From the human T2T-CHM13v2.0 reference genome, Homo sapiens: a DNA stretch of 64,000 bases. The stretch is from the NCBI RefSeq assembly GCF_009914755.1, contig NC_060925.1; one strand, 5' to 3'. Made by a program: the position numbers and the translations under genes. Shown one piece after another: positions 27,340 to 41,492 of this stretch. Positions within the stretch are counted from its first letter, which is position 1, and each line of letters opens with the position of its first letter. Below the pieces are notes generated by a model that was given only the letters and a program-made list of their open reading frames with translations, did not search any database and was not told where the DNA came from.

Positions 27340-27905
27340 TAAAGAGAGATTACCCAGCATTTCCACTCCTGGGTATATGCCCAAGAAAATTGAAAACATA
27401 TGTCTGTACAAAACTTGTCTATGAATGTTCATAACAGCATTATTCATAATAGTCAAGAGGTAGATACAACCAAAATGTCCATCAACCGATGAACAGATAG
27501 CAAAATATCTATACAATGGATATTATTCAACCATAAAAAAGAATGAAGCACTGATTCATGCTAACCTGAACAAACTTTGAAAACAATGCTAAATGATCAC
27601 AAAAGATCACATAGTCTAATTCCATTTATAGGAAATGTCCAGATTAAGTAAATCTATAAGGATAGAAAGATTCATGGCTGCCTGGGGTGGAAGGAATTGG
27701 GAGGAAATGGAAATGACTGCTAATGGGCATCTGGTTTCTTTTGGGGTATAAAGATGTTCTATAATTACATCGCACTGATGGTTGCACAAGTCTGTGAATT
27801 ACTAAATACTAAATAATACTAAAGACAACTAAACTGTGTACTTTGAAGGGGTGAATTTTATGGAATGTGAATTATATTTTATAAAGCTATTTAGAAAAGA
27901 AAAGA
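27340..27905 (+). mobile_element. L1MB-like 3' end
   Basis: ttccactcctgggtatatgcccaag...gaatgttcataacagcattattcataatag...ggtgaattttatggaatgtgaattata, followed by an A-rich tail. Confidence 0.85.
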
Positions 27906-29349
27906 AAAATTAAGACTTTGGAAGAGCTGGGTCCTTCCCAACTTTGTCTCTGGCTAATCCCAGGACCTTAAGAAAGCTTTCTTCCCAGCATCTTCAAGCC
28001 TTCGTTTCCTTATCTGAAAAACATGGCCCATAACACTACTTTGCATTGTGCAGTTGAAAGAACACTTCATACCTGCTTCTTGCAGCATCTCCAAGAAGAG
28101 GTTAAAGCAACAAATGGAATCTGAGGTGCTGTGAGGGCAAGTTGCCTTGGCTCGCACAGCTGCTAAGTGGTGGTGTGTGGATTTGAATGCATTTCCGTCA
28201 GGCTGGGCACTGTGAATAATATCTGCCCAGCCTGGGTCACTGGGTTGCTGAGAGTTTGTGGCAACACCGTCTGAGAACCTGCTCTGAGAACTGACAGGTG
28301 CTCTGCCGTGTGGTGTATCGTTCTAGCCAGTGACGATGGGAGAGGTGTGGTCTGGGAGAGTCACTCCACACCCACTTTTTCTGAGGCTGGAACAGCATTG
28401 TTTCCACCTGTGTGGCCCCTGATCAGCTACTCTGAGCTTTACGTTCCTTCTTGTTAACGTGGGAAGGTTTGTTCTTATTTCATGGGAGCTGCTGGGGACT
28501 GATATAACCGGTTTATTGAGTGCTTACCTGGTGACCTGCGCTCCACTGGACACAGGACCTGCAACTGCAAGTGGCAGCCTCAGTAAAGCTCACAGCAACC
28601 CTCTGAGTGAGGTGAGGTCACTCCCTTTCACAGAGGAGCAAGTGGAGGCACAGAAGCTAGTAGGTTTATAGCCTGATTTCTTTCCATTAAACTTTATGTT
28701 CATTGTTGGTCTTTGAAGAGATTATTAAAGGCTATATAGTACTCTGTCATAGACATGTAACTCCTTTAACCATTTCCCTTGTATTTGACATTTGTTCCTA
28801 TGTTAAGACACAAACAGTGCTACGGTGGACAAACTCATAAAATTCTGTGCACCTCTATGCCTATTTCCTTGAGGTAGATTCCTAGAAGTGGAGTTACTAG
28901 GTCAAAGGGCATGAACTCATTTACTGCTGCCTGTGTGCTGCCAAGCAGCTTTCCAGAAGAGAAAGGCTGAGGCCCCGACACTCCCACGAGAGGTATACAG
29001 GAGATGACCGTGCAGGAGGATTGGAAACCAGGCTTAGCTCTGTTTTTTCTCTCATATGTTCAGATGATCTCACAAAGACTGATCTTATCCAACCTCAACT
29101 TGTTAAAACGTACAGTAGCAAGTAATCTGGAATAGTCAATTCTGTGGGCCTATTCTGTGGATCTCTGAACATCCACAGGTAACTTCCCATGGATGCTCCT
29201 TGGCCAGTTAGACAAGTCAAGGGGGAGTTAGTCCTGCAGGAAGTCTCAAGCCAGAGACTCTGTGCTGAGATCTGAGGTGTCATCTGCCACATGAAAATGC
29301 CAAGCCTGTACGTAAGAAATATAAGACTTGTCATCAAACCTGCCAGTAA

Positions 29350-29600
29350 TGATAAATTCTAACATTTATTATTTACTTAATAAATTATGCATATTTATTA
29401 GTGTAATCCTGGTATTAATCTTAGGAGGTGGACTTTATTAGTATGCTCATTTTAATAGTGGGAATGAGGAAACTATATAAGATGCAGAAAGTGGCTTGTC
29501 TGAGGTCACGCAGTTAGTAAACAGGTGGTGGATCCGGACCGATTCTAGTCAGTCTGACTCTACGGGCCACATACCCACCCACCGTACTACACTGCTCTAC
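29350..29600 (-). mobile_element. MIR SINE
   Basis: atgaggaaact...gtggcttgtctgaggtcacgcagttagtaa. Confidence 0.65.
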
Positions 29601-30149
29601 TGTCTGGCTGATAGGCAACAGATACTCTAGGCCAACCAGTCTTGAGTTCCTGGTAAACACTGCTGAGAACAGCACTGGAAAGAAGCTTTGGCAGCACCTG
29701 AGGCAATCTGATGAAGTGCTGTTGTCCACTGGATGAGACAAAGTATAAAACGCAGATGGCAAGTGGCTTTTATCCCTTTCCTTGGCATCCGGCAAAGGGT
29801 ACATTCCTTGTACCTCTTCCTTGTACCTCTTCCCCATGCTACCAAGAGTGACCAGGACTAAGAATCAGTGTGGCCACCAAGATCCTCTGGCTTCTGCCTA
29901 ACCATGCCCATCTGCTCTCCTCCCTCCTGCGCAGGGCTGTGGGGGGTGTGGTGTGCTGGTCATGTTCACTTCCTGTTTTGCTGGTGCAGCAATGTGCAAC
30001 ACTGAGACCTGGGCCCTGCATGGCAGAAAGCACTGTGCTAGCCCGGTGTGGTGGGAGCACAGCATATGCTCCAAAAGATGGATGGAGAGAGGAAAGGCCA
30101 GGTATGTGCATGGATAGAAAAATGAATAAATAGGTCAATAAAGAGCTCA

Positions 30150-30441
30150 GGCCAGGTGCAGTGGCTCACACCTGTAACCCCAGCACTTCGGGAGGCTGAG
30201 GTGAGACGATCACTTGAGTTCAGGGGTTCAAGACCAACCTGGGCAACATGGTGAGACCTCATCTCTACAAAATATATGTGTATTAGCCAGATGTGGTGGC
30301 ACATGCCTGTGGTCCCAACTACTTGGGAGACTGAGGCGGGAGGATCCCTTGAGCCCAGGAAGTTGAGGCTACAGTAAGCCTTTTTCTTGCCACTGCACTC
30401 CAGCCTGGGTGACAGAGCGAGACCCGGACTCTAAACAAATA
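30150..30441 (+). mobile_element. AluJ
   Basis: Dimeric Alu with J diagnostics; TSD aataaagagctca. Confidence 0.95.
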
Positions 30442-30959
30442 AATAAAGAGCTCAGCACCATTTTTTTCACTAGTCCACACTACACTATGAGAGCTGGGGC
30501 CCTACTGCTTCATTACCTGTGGTGTATCCAGGGTCTAACACTAATTGATGCATGGTTGGTAGGGGACAAATGTTAGATGAATGAATGGTGGCAGGTGCTG
30601 TAGGACTGTCAGACATTTGAATAAGGCATTCCATTTTCTGGAGTTAGGAAGGATGTCCCTGCGTGCGGCTTTGCCCCAGGCCCCAGCCAGCTGTGGGCCT
30701 GTGGGTCTGTGGAGGGGATGAGGCACTGCTTCCACCATCCAGGTCCAAGAAGCCAGGCTGCAAAACCCAGCAGGACAGCTTCCTTTCATCTGTGGGGTTT
30801 CCCTTCAGGGAGGGCGTGACTCACAGAGGCAAACTACTCCAGCTTCCCGTGGCCTTGAGTTCTGCTCAGTCTGGCTCTCAGAGGCCCAGCCTTACAGCCT
30901 CAGCCTGCCCTGATCCCAGACCTCGGTAGGATGCTAGGGCAGGGGTTGTCATGTCAGGG

Positions 30960-31135
30960 ATTCCATCAGTTTCGTCGTTTTTAAACTTGAGTGTGCACGG
31001 GAATCCCCTGGAGGTCTTGGAAAAACACAGATGCCTGGGCCCCACCCCTGGATTTCTAATTCAGTAGGTCTGAGGTAGTACCCAGGAATCTGCATTTCCA
31101 ACCAGTTCCTGGGTGATTCATCTTTTGAGAACTGT
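30960..31135. mobile_element. MER5A
   Basis: gaatcccctggaggtcttggaaaaacacagatgcctgggccccacccc...ccaggaatctgcattt...tttgagaac. Confidence 0.8.
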
Positions 31136-32560
31136 GTTAGGCCCACCTCTGCCAGGCATTATCAATTCCACGTAAAAGGGTGCTTAGGCCTGATGTCACC
31201 AGCAAGGGGTTCTGGGAGCCTCTGTAGGCTGGTGGCTGCTGTGTGGCTCAGCTTGGACCCTCAACACCTGCTGCCGCTGCAGCCACTGGTATCTGTCATG
31301 GCTCTGTCCCATGGACCCTTCCCTTCCACCGTTCCTCCCTGACCACCTCTGCTTCCTTAGCCCTCTGCTCGGGAGGGTGCTCACACCTGAACTGAGCTTG
31401 GGAGCTCCCTGCCCAGTAGAGAGAAAGAACCATTCACCCTCCTCTCCTCCCTCAGCCTTTGCTAGGACCCAGCTCCATCAGCCTTCGGGGCCCCTGTGGA
31501 GTTTCCTGTCATGGCCAGGCCCACCATGCCCCGCAGGATTGCCTCCCTCCTCACAGGCCTCCTATCACAGGGGGCTCCCTCGGCTGCCTCTTAAGCCCCA
31601 TCCTCCTTGTCCTGCAGCTTTCCCGCCTGTCTGTCCTCCCTTCCCACACACACCCAACTCTCACCAGCCTGGGCCTTTGTCTTGCTGGGCCCTGTGTTTG
31701 GCCAAGGCAACTTATTTGGAACTTTCCTCCAACTTTGTGAAGGGGACAGTAAGTAAAGGGACCAGGACCCAAGGCTCGGGAATGTATTGGTCCTGCTGGG
31801 AAATGCTTGCTTCCTGTGGACCCAGCTGAAAAGTACATAGGAAGCAATTATTTAACAAAGGGAAAGGTAATAAAAGAGCTCAATAAATATTTGTTGAATA
31901 AGGGAACACAAAAGCTGCTTTACAGATGCACAGCCAAAAACACCTCTTTAAAAAAGCACTTTGATTCTGTGAGAGCCCTGCAGGTATGCATGCAAAGCCC
32001 TTGATCATTTGACCCCAAGTGGGGAAATGAGAATCCCCTACACAGGACATTTCTAGGTTGGAAATTTTTCTGGCACAATGATTGCTTGTGAGTTCTGTGG
32101 CAGCTAGTGCCCTAGGCTAATAGGTGCTAAACATCAAAAAGCATCCTAGAGATAATAAATTTGGGAAACACTGACATAAATAAATATAAACTAGTCCATG
32201 TACTGGGGGGACTTCTCTGAGCCTGCCGTAGGGAGGCCTCAGGCCATTCCCAGGTTCTTAGACCTTGAGAACCTGCCCCCAAGCCATCTGCCCAGGGGCT
32301 TGCATCTGCTCGCTAGGGCTGGGAACCTGGGGGAGGGTAAAGGTAAGGGGTAGGATGGGAATGAAGGCAGTTTTCCATTTTCTCACCTAGCTTCTGATTT
32401 GTGCCTAGGAAGGAAAAGATTTCCTTTTCTTCCAGGCTTCCACCAGCAAGGCCTTAGAGAGGCTTCCCCCTTCCCTAGACTCCCACAGAGATACTGGGGC
32501 CTTGGGGGTGACTGCCAAGAAACCTGAGTAGCCTGATACCCAGGTCAGAGGTCTCTCTGT

Positions 32561-32606
32561 ACACACACACACACACACACACAGAGATACACACACACAC
32601 ACACAC
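32561..32606. repeat. Interrupted (AC)n microsatellite
   Basis: (AC) runs split by agagat. Confidence 0.95.
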
Positions 32607-35085
32607 TTGCAAGCACGTGAGCCTTGCAGCCACAGGCCACTGGAAATGGAGTCATGGTCACCCCACATGGGGACCCTTGATATAGAGGAAGACTCTAGCG
32701 GAAATATGGGCAGACAGCTGGACGAGAGTTTGGAAGAGCATTCCCAGTGCCCTCGATGTGCACTCTCCTCCTGTCTGGACACAGGGCAGGCTGTGTTCTG
32801 ACAATCCAGGGATGTGAGGTCAGGAGCGCAGAGCAGGGTGGAAATCACCAATAAGAGAGTGAGCTGGAAGCTGGCATTCTGGGGAAGGTAGTGCCATCCC
32901 ATCCTCCCCCTTCCCAGCTTCATGGCAGCCAGTAAGCTTTGCCCTCTTTGAGGACCTGCATCCCCCAGGGACCCGGTCAAGGCAGGGTGGGGGTGGGTGG
33001 AGCCCCTGTTGGGGAGAGCTGGGCTACGCCCAGGCCCTGCATGGGAGATTAACCACCAGGGAGGGCATCTGTGCCCAGCCTGGGAAGCTTGGGCTCCTGG
33101 TCCTGCCAGTTCAGGTTCCTCTTCTAGAGAAATGTTTTCTCTGGAGCTCTGGGAAAAGAAGTTTTCTGGGACACCTGTTGAGTGTTACACCCACCGTTCT
33201 GTGGTTAGAGGAGAGGGTGTGCAGAATCCCTCGTCATCCAGCTGGTCTGAGACAGCAAAGGTCAACACCAAGCCTCCTTGGCCTCTTGCCCTGTTGGGGG
33301 GCACCCAGAGGACGGTGTCCCAGCTCCATTCCAGTAGAGCTGCAGGAGGAAGAAGATGACCGGGCGATTTTGACTCCCAGGAAGGGACTTTCAATTTGAG
33401 GCCAGATTAGGGTTGGAATGGGGTGGGAGGTAGTCCTAATTGCTCTGGAGAGAAGCTCAGAGATGGGGAGGAGTGGGGATAGAGCAGAGTGGAGGCAGGG
33501 CTAGATCAGAGTCTTCTGAACACCTGGTAATGGCTCACACCGGCCCAGAACCTCATTCACCTCAGTCAATCGTCATCCAGTGAGAGCCTCTCTGGCCTGG
33601 AATGGGCCCCTTCCCCCAAGTGGTCAGTGGATGTATGGCTGTGGGGCCTCTGTTTATGTCTTCCCAGGCCACCCTCCATGGGCACAGTGTGGTCGCAGGT
33701 TAGGCTTGTCCATCATAGCAGCCCCCATCCCTGGAGACCACTGGAGAGCTGTTCCTCTCTTTGCCCCCATTCATCTGGCACCCACCTGGGACAGGCCCTG
33801 CCCCAGCATGATCTCCCATCTGCCTCCTTGGCCCTCTTCTTGCCTGCAGCTGTCCCAGGGCCTTCACCTCCTCTTGTCCTCATCCATCCCGTTTGCTCCA
33901 TGTTTGGAGTCTTGGCAGGGAACCTTCATGCTTAAGAAGGGAGTGGGACATTAAGAAAGACAGACTGGTGCTGATGGGAGTCCCCAGGTTCTTGCTGAGA
34001 GGTAGTGACACCTCATTAGACAGGCACAGATGGTTACTCAGGGCCCCCTTACCTTCTGCCATGGCAGTGCTGGTAGGGAGGACCACGTGTGTCTAATAAC
34101 AGCCAGAGTTCCAGCTGCCTTAGCCTTTCCCCTCTGGAAGCTCACTTTAGTCTGTCCTTCAACTCTTGGTGGCCCTCATTGCTTCCATTTGTGGCCTCCC
34201 AGAGCCGTGGCTTCCCTGGCAGTCAGTGGTGAAAAAGTCTACAAAACCTGGAGCCCACAGAAGGGTTGCTATGTAAAGAAATTGTCCCTGGAGCCCTACA
34301 GTCAGAGACTCCATCTGCCCTTGGCCTCTCCATGGGTAACTGGAGCACAGGTACTGTCCTGGTGTGGCAGCCCTTCTGGGATGGTCTGATTCTCCCTGAG
34401 CTGATGTTGGCACTGGTTTCTAGGTTTCCAAAAAGCTGTTCAGGTCTAATTGTGCAGAATAGAGGGGAGAGTGTCATTCTCCTGCTAAGAATCTGGGGCT
34501 ACCTTTTCCCCCTTCCTCCTTCCCAACAGCAAAATGTCCTACAACAGTGATGGGCAAGGTGGGGAAAGGCCCCTGTTGTCCAATCATCTCCCTTGTGGCC
34601 TGTGGAGTCTGGGATTTTTGGGGCTCAGCTCTGTGCCTGGCTGAGGCTGAGGCCTTGAGCAGTGGTCATTCAAATCTCTAGAGTCTAAGTCCTCACCTCT
34701 GAATCATGGGGCAGGGATGGGACCTCTGCCTACCATCTTCAGAGTTGCTGGGAGGCCAGTGTGGGCCCACCCAATGTGTGTTTGCTGTGGTCACAGAGAT
34801 CCTGGGCACTCCAATATCACAGAGATGGTATAGGAAGCTTTCAGACAGTAAAATCTGAGAGCTGGCCCTTTAAGAGACTAGTGGATTCCTGGCTTAGCCC
34901 AACAACCAGGCCAGGACCAGGAGGGCTGCAGCAAGAAATGGGAAAGCACTTCCGCCAAGCTCTCTACCTAGGATTGCACCCTGTTTCCAGGTTACTGGAA
35001 TATACTGGGGCCTCAGCTCACCTGCACATGCAGGGAAGTCCCCAAGCCCTACAAATTCTATTTACCCTGAGTGACTGCAGCTGGA

Positions 35086-35088
<3 letters not shown>

Positions 35089-35142
<54 letters not shown>

Positions 35143-35148
35143 CGCGCG
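35089..35148. repeat. (TG)23(CG)7 compound microsatellite
   Basis: Counted directly from the sequence. Confidence 0.97.
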
Positions 35149-35479
35149 CAATGAGGCCCCTCCAGGCCCATGGTTTGGAGACCCAGGCAGCAGGACACCA
35201 AGCCCCCTGTGGGTAGTGCCAGCTTCTCAGCAGCTGAACAGGGTGGCGCTGGAAGAGCTTGGAGCCAGCTGGCTCTCAGCACTGAATCACCCAGGGGCGG
35301 GACCTCTTGGAAATGTAAGCCTGAGCTCCTAACCCTCTACTCAAAGCCCTCAACAACTTTCCTCTCCATTGTCCTCGGAAGAGTGAGGCCCAGGGCCCTG
35401 CCTGGTCTGGCCTCCCAGGCTCTGGCTTTCTGTGCTCCCCACTCCTTCCCATTCTCTCAGCCCACCCACACTCACATGC

Positions 35480-35962
35480 CTCTGTCGCTGTCATTGACCT
35501 GCTGCTGCACACCCCAGGAGCCTTGGTAGATGCTGTTCCCTCCTAGTGATCCTTCCACTCCTCTGCTCATTACCTACTCTTCCCTCAGACCTCCTCGACT
35601 AGGTCAAATCCTCATTTTAGAAGGCCACGTCTTTCTTCTTCGAAGCATTTTTTGTTGCTGCAATGTTGCTTGTATCGTGCTACGCAATTGATATCTACTT
35701 CCCTGACTGGGTTGCAGAGGTTCAAGGTGCTCTGGCTTTTGCCTCCCAGAGTTCCCCAGTGCCAAGCTCTGAGCAAGGCTCAGTTTGTTAGATGAATGGA
35801 TGGATAGATGGTTGGATTAACGGAAGGAAGGAAGGAAGGATGAGTGGATGGATGGATGGATGGTTGGATGGAGTGAAGAAAGGATGGGTAGATGATGGAT
35901 GGATGGGTAGATGATGGACAGATGGATGGATGGATGGAGGATAGGTGGACGGACGGATGGAT
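35480..35962 (+). repeat. L2 3' fragment ending in a (GGAT/GGAA)n tetranucleotide tract (35790-35962)
   Basis: L2-like body followed by an expanded gatg/gaag repeat. Confidence 0.7.
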
Positions 35963-36789
35963 GATTTTCACTCTGCATGTTTGCCATCCCCAGTGCTAAA
36001 ATGAAATGCAGCCCTCAAACCAAATGGCCATTAACTGAACTCAGGACCATTTGCTTTGGCCAATTCAGCCCTTAGCCCTAGGGAGCGTGGGGAAGGGTGA
36101 TATTATTCCTCCAAAGGCTGAGATCCTGACATCCTTGACCTGGTTTAACCCTCCCACCTCCCATCCAGGGCAACCCAGCCTGGTAATTCAGGCCTTCTGG
36201 AGGCACACAGACCATCGATACAAGTGGGCAAGGGAAAGGATCGTGTCCTTTGATGGGCCTGCTTATGCCTTGAGTTTGCCATCTACTTTCTGTGGGACCT
36301 TGAACAATCACTTAACTTTTCCTGGGTTTAGTTTCCTCATGCGCCCTGACAGCTTTACAAGGCTGCCTTTGCAATGGAACATGGTCATGTATGAACACCT
36401 GTAGGTGTTGTGAAACATGGCACCCTGCAAAGACCTGAGAGGCTGTGTCTGTGGCCCTGCAGCGGAGGTCTGCAGGTATGGGGGCTCACTGCACTCAGCT
36501 TGAAAGTGAAGTCTCCCAGCTCCTCTCTGTTTTGTGCTCTCTTCCAGCCCCTGGCTCGAATCCTCTGCTGGGACCTCTTCTGTCCCTAGGCCCCTAACAG
36601 GTTTACTGTCCCTCAGCCTGGGGGAAACATGGCCTTCTCTGCCCAGAGCCCCAGGCTCAGCCCTCGGCTTCTGGCCAAAACAACCCTTTTGCAGCCACTG
36701 GGCCCACTCACCCTGTGCCTCCCAGCTCCTCTAGGGAGCATCTTTCCTCACAGCGCCCCTTCCTTACTCTGCCTCTGAGGTCGCTGACT

Positions 36790-36990
36790 GTGGGATCAGA
36801 AGAGACTTGGTCTGAACCTCAGTTCTGCCACACCAGCTCTGGGCAATGACTCAGTTGCTCTGTGACTCGGTTTGCGCATTTGTAAAATGAAGACCCAGTG
36901 CCCCTTGCAGATTGCTGGGAATATGCATCAGTGACAGAGGTGAAGTGCTGGCTCAGTGCCTAAAACATGGCATTTGCTCAAGAAACGTGG
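36790..36990 (+). mobile_element. MIR SINE
   Basis: tctgtgactcggtttgcgcatttgtaaaatg. Confidence 0.6.
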
Positions 36991-38069
36991 GATTTCCTCT
37001 TCTCTCAAAGTCTATCTTTTCCTCACAACTCTGTTCTCCAGAATTTCCAAAGTGGTGCCGCCTGCACCTCCAGTGACAGACACAGTCACAGGCATTTAAG
37101 GCCTCTGCCAGCCAACCTCGTGTGATCTCCTGAGTTGCCTGGCTGTCTTTTTCTATCCTCTTTCTTTGTCCCTGAAGACAGATGAGGCTGACAGTCCCCA
37201 GGCTTAGGGCCACTGAATACAGGCCCAGGCTGGGGCCTGTGGTGTGAGGGCAGAGTTGGGGGAACTTAGCATCCTGGAGGGTGTGCAGCTGGACATGACT
37301 GGCAAGGAAGGTGAGTCTAGCATCAGCAACTGTATTTGCCTCAACTGTCCCACCTTACACATCACCCAGGAACATTTGAGCCTGGAGACAGGGTTATCAT
37401 AGCACAAAGCCACAGCAAGCTTTGCTGGACCCTGCTCCTCCAGCCTGGGGGACTCCCACTGGCACAGACAGGTCAAATCCTGTCAGCGTGATTCAGTTTG
37501 AATCAACACCATTTAAATCCACCCACCATTTACCAAGCACTCTTCAGTGCCAGGCACGTAGGGAGACCCTGGGGATGCAGAGATGGCCCAATCCCCACCC
37601 TCCATGGGCTTTCGGCATAGTTGGAGAGCCAGCTACCAATAAGCTCTATCCACACCAGTGGTGCTCAATCCTGCAGAAGGTTGTGAGATTGATACCTAGG
37701 CCCACTCAGAACATGGAACTGGAATCTGTGCCCCCTCCATGATCTGCACACACACACACACAAACACACAGGTGGACACATGCACAGACACACTCACTCA
37801 TGCACACACATGCATCTGCTCTTTCCTCTCCACAGTGGCCAGCTTGGGACTTCTTGAATCCTTCCTGAACGCACCCAGTGCACTGCTGCCTCCATGCTTC
37901 CTTTTGACTCACCCCTTCTCAAGAGTGGGCATGTCCTGGTTCTTCCATGAGGCCGTGTGATGCTTGAAACCTTGTCTTGATGCCCATCTAAGATGTCCAG
38001 CCCCACAGAGGGCTTGGGCTGGGAATACATTTGCTTTGCTAGGAGGCCACGAAAGATGGGTCAAAAGGT

Positions 38070-38420
38070 GTCACACATTTCAGCATATTTTAGCTGAGCC
38101 TCCACCCAGTGCCAGCCTCTGTGACAGGAGCTGGAGATGTGGAGATGGACAAGACTCACTCCCTGACCTGAGAAGAGCAAGGGAAGATGACATACGAGCC
38201 AATAGGGCACAACATAGAGAACAGAGATGCAGAGGGCACTGTGAGACACCACAAGAGGGTGTGATTAACTGTGGAGGGAGCGTTCAGGGAAAGCCTCCTG
38301 GAGGAGGTGACATTTGAGCTGAGTTTTGAAGGATAAATAGGAATTCATTCATGATGTGTATTAGGGAAGGTTGGCAGGCATTTTACTTATGGGAAACAGC
38401 TTCTGCAGGGACAGGGAAGA
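38070..38420 (-). mobile_element. L2 fragment
   Basis: cagggaaagcctcctggaggaggtgacatttgagctgagttttgaaggat. Confidence 0.75.
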
Positions 38421-40149
38421 CTGGAGAATGAAGGGTCCAGAGCTGTAATCACTGATAATGTCCTTGCTGAGTTGCTAGAGTTCAAGAGCAGCTTTGGGAA
38501 GCAGGGTGCTCATCTCAGAGAACAACGTGGGCAACTGTACACTGGCTGTTTTGCAGCCTCAAGCTATGTCTTGTCTGCATTCTTCCGAGTTCTGCTTCAT
38601 GCCATTCTTTTCCTGGGCCCTTCTCTTTTCCTCAAACTCCCCTGCCTCTCTGGGTGCAAGTCACCACGCGACTTTCTCAGTCACACAACAAGGCCTGGAG
38701 AGGTGAGGTGCAGGGCAGGGATCCCAGGAGGCAGTTGATACTCAGGGGACAGGTTGGGACCTATCTGTGGGTGGCAGGCCCCCAGTTGCGGGGACAGGCA
38801 GAGGGAAGGACAGGCAAGCAACCTCCTTGCTCACTGATCACCAAGTGGAGCTTACAGCAGGGTTCTACCTGAGAGGGCACCTGCGGTATCAGCAGGGTGG
38901 AGGGTGCCTGGTCAGAACCAGCATAGGAACTGGGATAGAGAAAACGGAGCAAACCGAGGTGGTGGGGTGAAGGCATCGGTTCCAGACGCCTGGTCCTGGG
39001 GAGCAGCGGGGGGTTAGTGCAGAGTGAAGCTGGGAGCCCCATGGTGGGGCTGAGCCCACTGCTAGCTGTTCTTCCTCTAGCATAGTTGGCTGAGACCTTG
39101 GCGAGGCTGGAGCCTACAGGCAGGAGGGAAAACAAGCTCAGTGGCCTTGGGGAGGAGAGTGTCACTTTGGGTTGTGTCCTCAAAAAAATGTCCATGGCTT
39201 GGCAGGTGTGACAAGCCTAACATTTCACATTAATACCCAATACTGACGTGGAGCTTCCCATGTGCCAGGCACTGTGCTGTGTTTGGAAACCTTGTCTCAC
39301 TTAATCTTCACACCAACCCTGTAGGAGGTGGTCATCATTCCTATTTTAAAGGCAAAAAAGCAAGGCACGGGGATGTTTCAGGACACAACCAAGGCCAAGC
39401 AACTCCAAGTGTGGAGCAGCTGGGAGCTGTGCCCCTAACCACTGCACGGCACTCTGGCCTGTCCCTGGGCACTGAGCTGCCCTGCTCCGCTCCTCCCTTC
39501 TGCTCCCCATTTCCTGTAGCTTGCTGATGGGGTGGGTGGACTGGGCTGTTGTTATGGGTGGGGGTGGGAAGAACAGGGCTGCTCTAAGCTGATCCATCCT
39601 GTTCTGTTCTCTCCTTACCCCACCAAAGGAGAAGCTAGGGCCTGGGCATCTGTAAAGTGGGCTGGCCCTCCTGGGGCTGAGGAGCCACTGGAGCTGAGTC
39701 ACAGAGGATTTCCTTGGGATTAAGAATCCTCTGAAGTCCATGGTACCTGGTTGTGGTGGAGGCAGTTGGCTCTTCCAGCCAGGCATTAATCCTAGTGAAA
39801 TACATGGCATTTCCAGTCATTCCAGCTGGAATTAAACTTAAATCAAGTCCAAAAGAGCACAGCCAGGAGAATGTGAGTGAGCCTGCCAAAGACGCCAGGC
39901 GTCCGGCCTGCTCTGGCTTCTCTGATGCTGGCCTTGCTTCTCAGGAGCTGTGGGCAGTGGGGGAGGATGGAGTGGAGCACCCCACTGCACCCCAGGCCCT
40001 CCTATCTACCATGTGGCCTGGTAGCAGGCATCTCAGCCAGGTGAGACAGCAGAGTGAGGCAGCCCAGGGTCAGAGGGCTGGGATGGAGCTCTTGCTCTGC
40101 TGCTCTAAGTCCCTCTGCCCAACGCACACATATAGCTGGTGGCAGATAA

Positions 40150-40420
40150 GCAGCACAGCTCAGTGGGCAGGAGCGGAGGCACTGCAGCCAGTGGGCCTAA
40201 ATCCCACTCTACCACTGGCTGTGTGACCACTAACCAATGACCCCTCCATGCCTCAGTTTCCTCCTTTGGAAAACAAGGATAATAATAGGTACCTCATTGT
40301 ATGGTCGTAAGTGTTAAATGGGTTCATACATACAAAGAGCTTAGAACTCTGCCTGGCATACTGTGAGCACTGTGTGTTACCTATTGTTATTCTCTGGGCC
40401 TCAGTTTCCTCACCTGCAAG
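40150..40420 (+). mobile_element. MIR SINE
   Basis: ctgtgtgacc...tgcctcagtttcctc...aataataggtacctcat...gcttagaactctgcctggcata. Confidence 0.8.
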
Positions 40421-40708
40421 ATGGAGCTGAGGGTAGGACTTGACAACCAAGGGTAGTCTTCATGCTGGGGTCCTCTGGCTGTGGGAGCAGCATGGGGCTC
40501 CGCAATGAACAAGGCCCTGCCCTCAGAAGGGCACCTACCCTCCAAGGAGGAACTGGCTGGACAGACAGCACTACAGGTCCCACAAGCCACCCCCCACCCT
40601 GTAGCTGTGCAAGTAAGGAAGGTGCGTGTGTGTTTGTGCATAAGTATGTGTATATGTATATGTTTGTGGGTGTGTGTGCATATATGCATGAGTATATGTA
40701 TATGTATA

Positions 40709-41492
40709 GAGTTGACCCTTGGACAACACAAGTTGGAGCACTGACCCACGTGCACTCGAATATCCACATATAACTTGTGACACCCTGTATTAGTCTGTTC
40801 TCACGCTGCTAATTAAGACATATCCAAGACTGGGCAATTTATAAAGGAAAGAGGCTTAATTGACTCACCGTTCCACGTGGTTGGGGAGGCCTCACAATCA
40901 TGGCAGAAGGCAAGGAGGAGCAAAGTCACATCTTACATGGTGGCAGGCAAGAGAGCTTCTGCAGGTGAACTCTCCTTTATAAAACCATTAGATCTTGTGA
41001 GACTTATTCATTACCATGAGAACAGTATGTAGGAAACCGCCCCATGATTCAATTATCTCCACCTGGCCCCGCCCTTAACACGTGGAGATTATTATAATTC
41101 AAAGTGAGATTTGAGTGAGGACACAGCCAAACGATATCATTCCCCCAAAACTTAAGTACTAATAGCCTACTGTTGACAGGAAGTCTTATCAATGACATAA
41201 TCAGTTGGTTAACACATATTAGATACTGTATTTTTACAATAAAGTACTTTAGAGAAAAGACAGTGTTACTAAGAAAATTATAGGAGAGGAAATATTTACT
41301 ATTCATTAAGTGGAAGTGGATCATCATGAAGGTCTTCAACCTCATTGTCTTCATGTTGTGTAGGCTGAGGAGGAGGAGGAGAAGGAAGAGGAGGGGTTGG
41401 TTTTGCAGTCTCAGGAGTGGCAGAGGCAGAAGAAAATTTGTGTAAAAGTCGACCCTCGCCAGTGCAAGTTCGTGTTATTCAAAGGTCAACTG
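40709..41492. mobile_element. Tigger2-family (Tc1/mariner) non-autonomous element interrupted by a THE1 LTR
   Basis: Terminal inverted repeats gagttgacccttggacaacac ... gtgttattcaaaggtcaactg, flanked by TA. Confidence 0.85.
40786..41139 (-). mobile_element. THE1 (THE1B-like) solo LTR
   Basis: tgtattagtctgttctcacgctgct ... gacacagccaaacgatatca; degenerate TSD caccc/ttccc. Confidence 0.92.
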
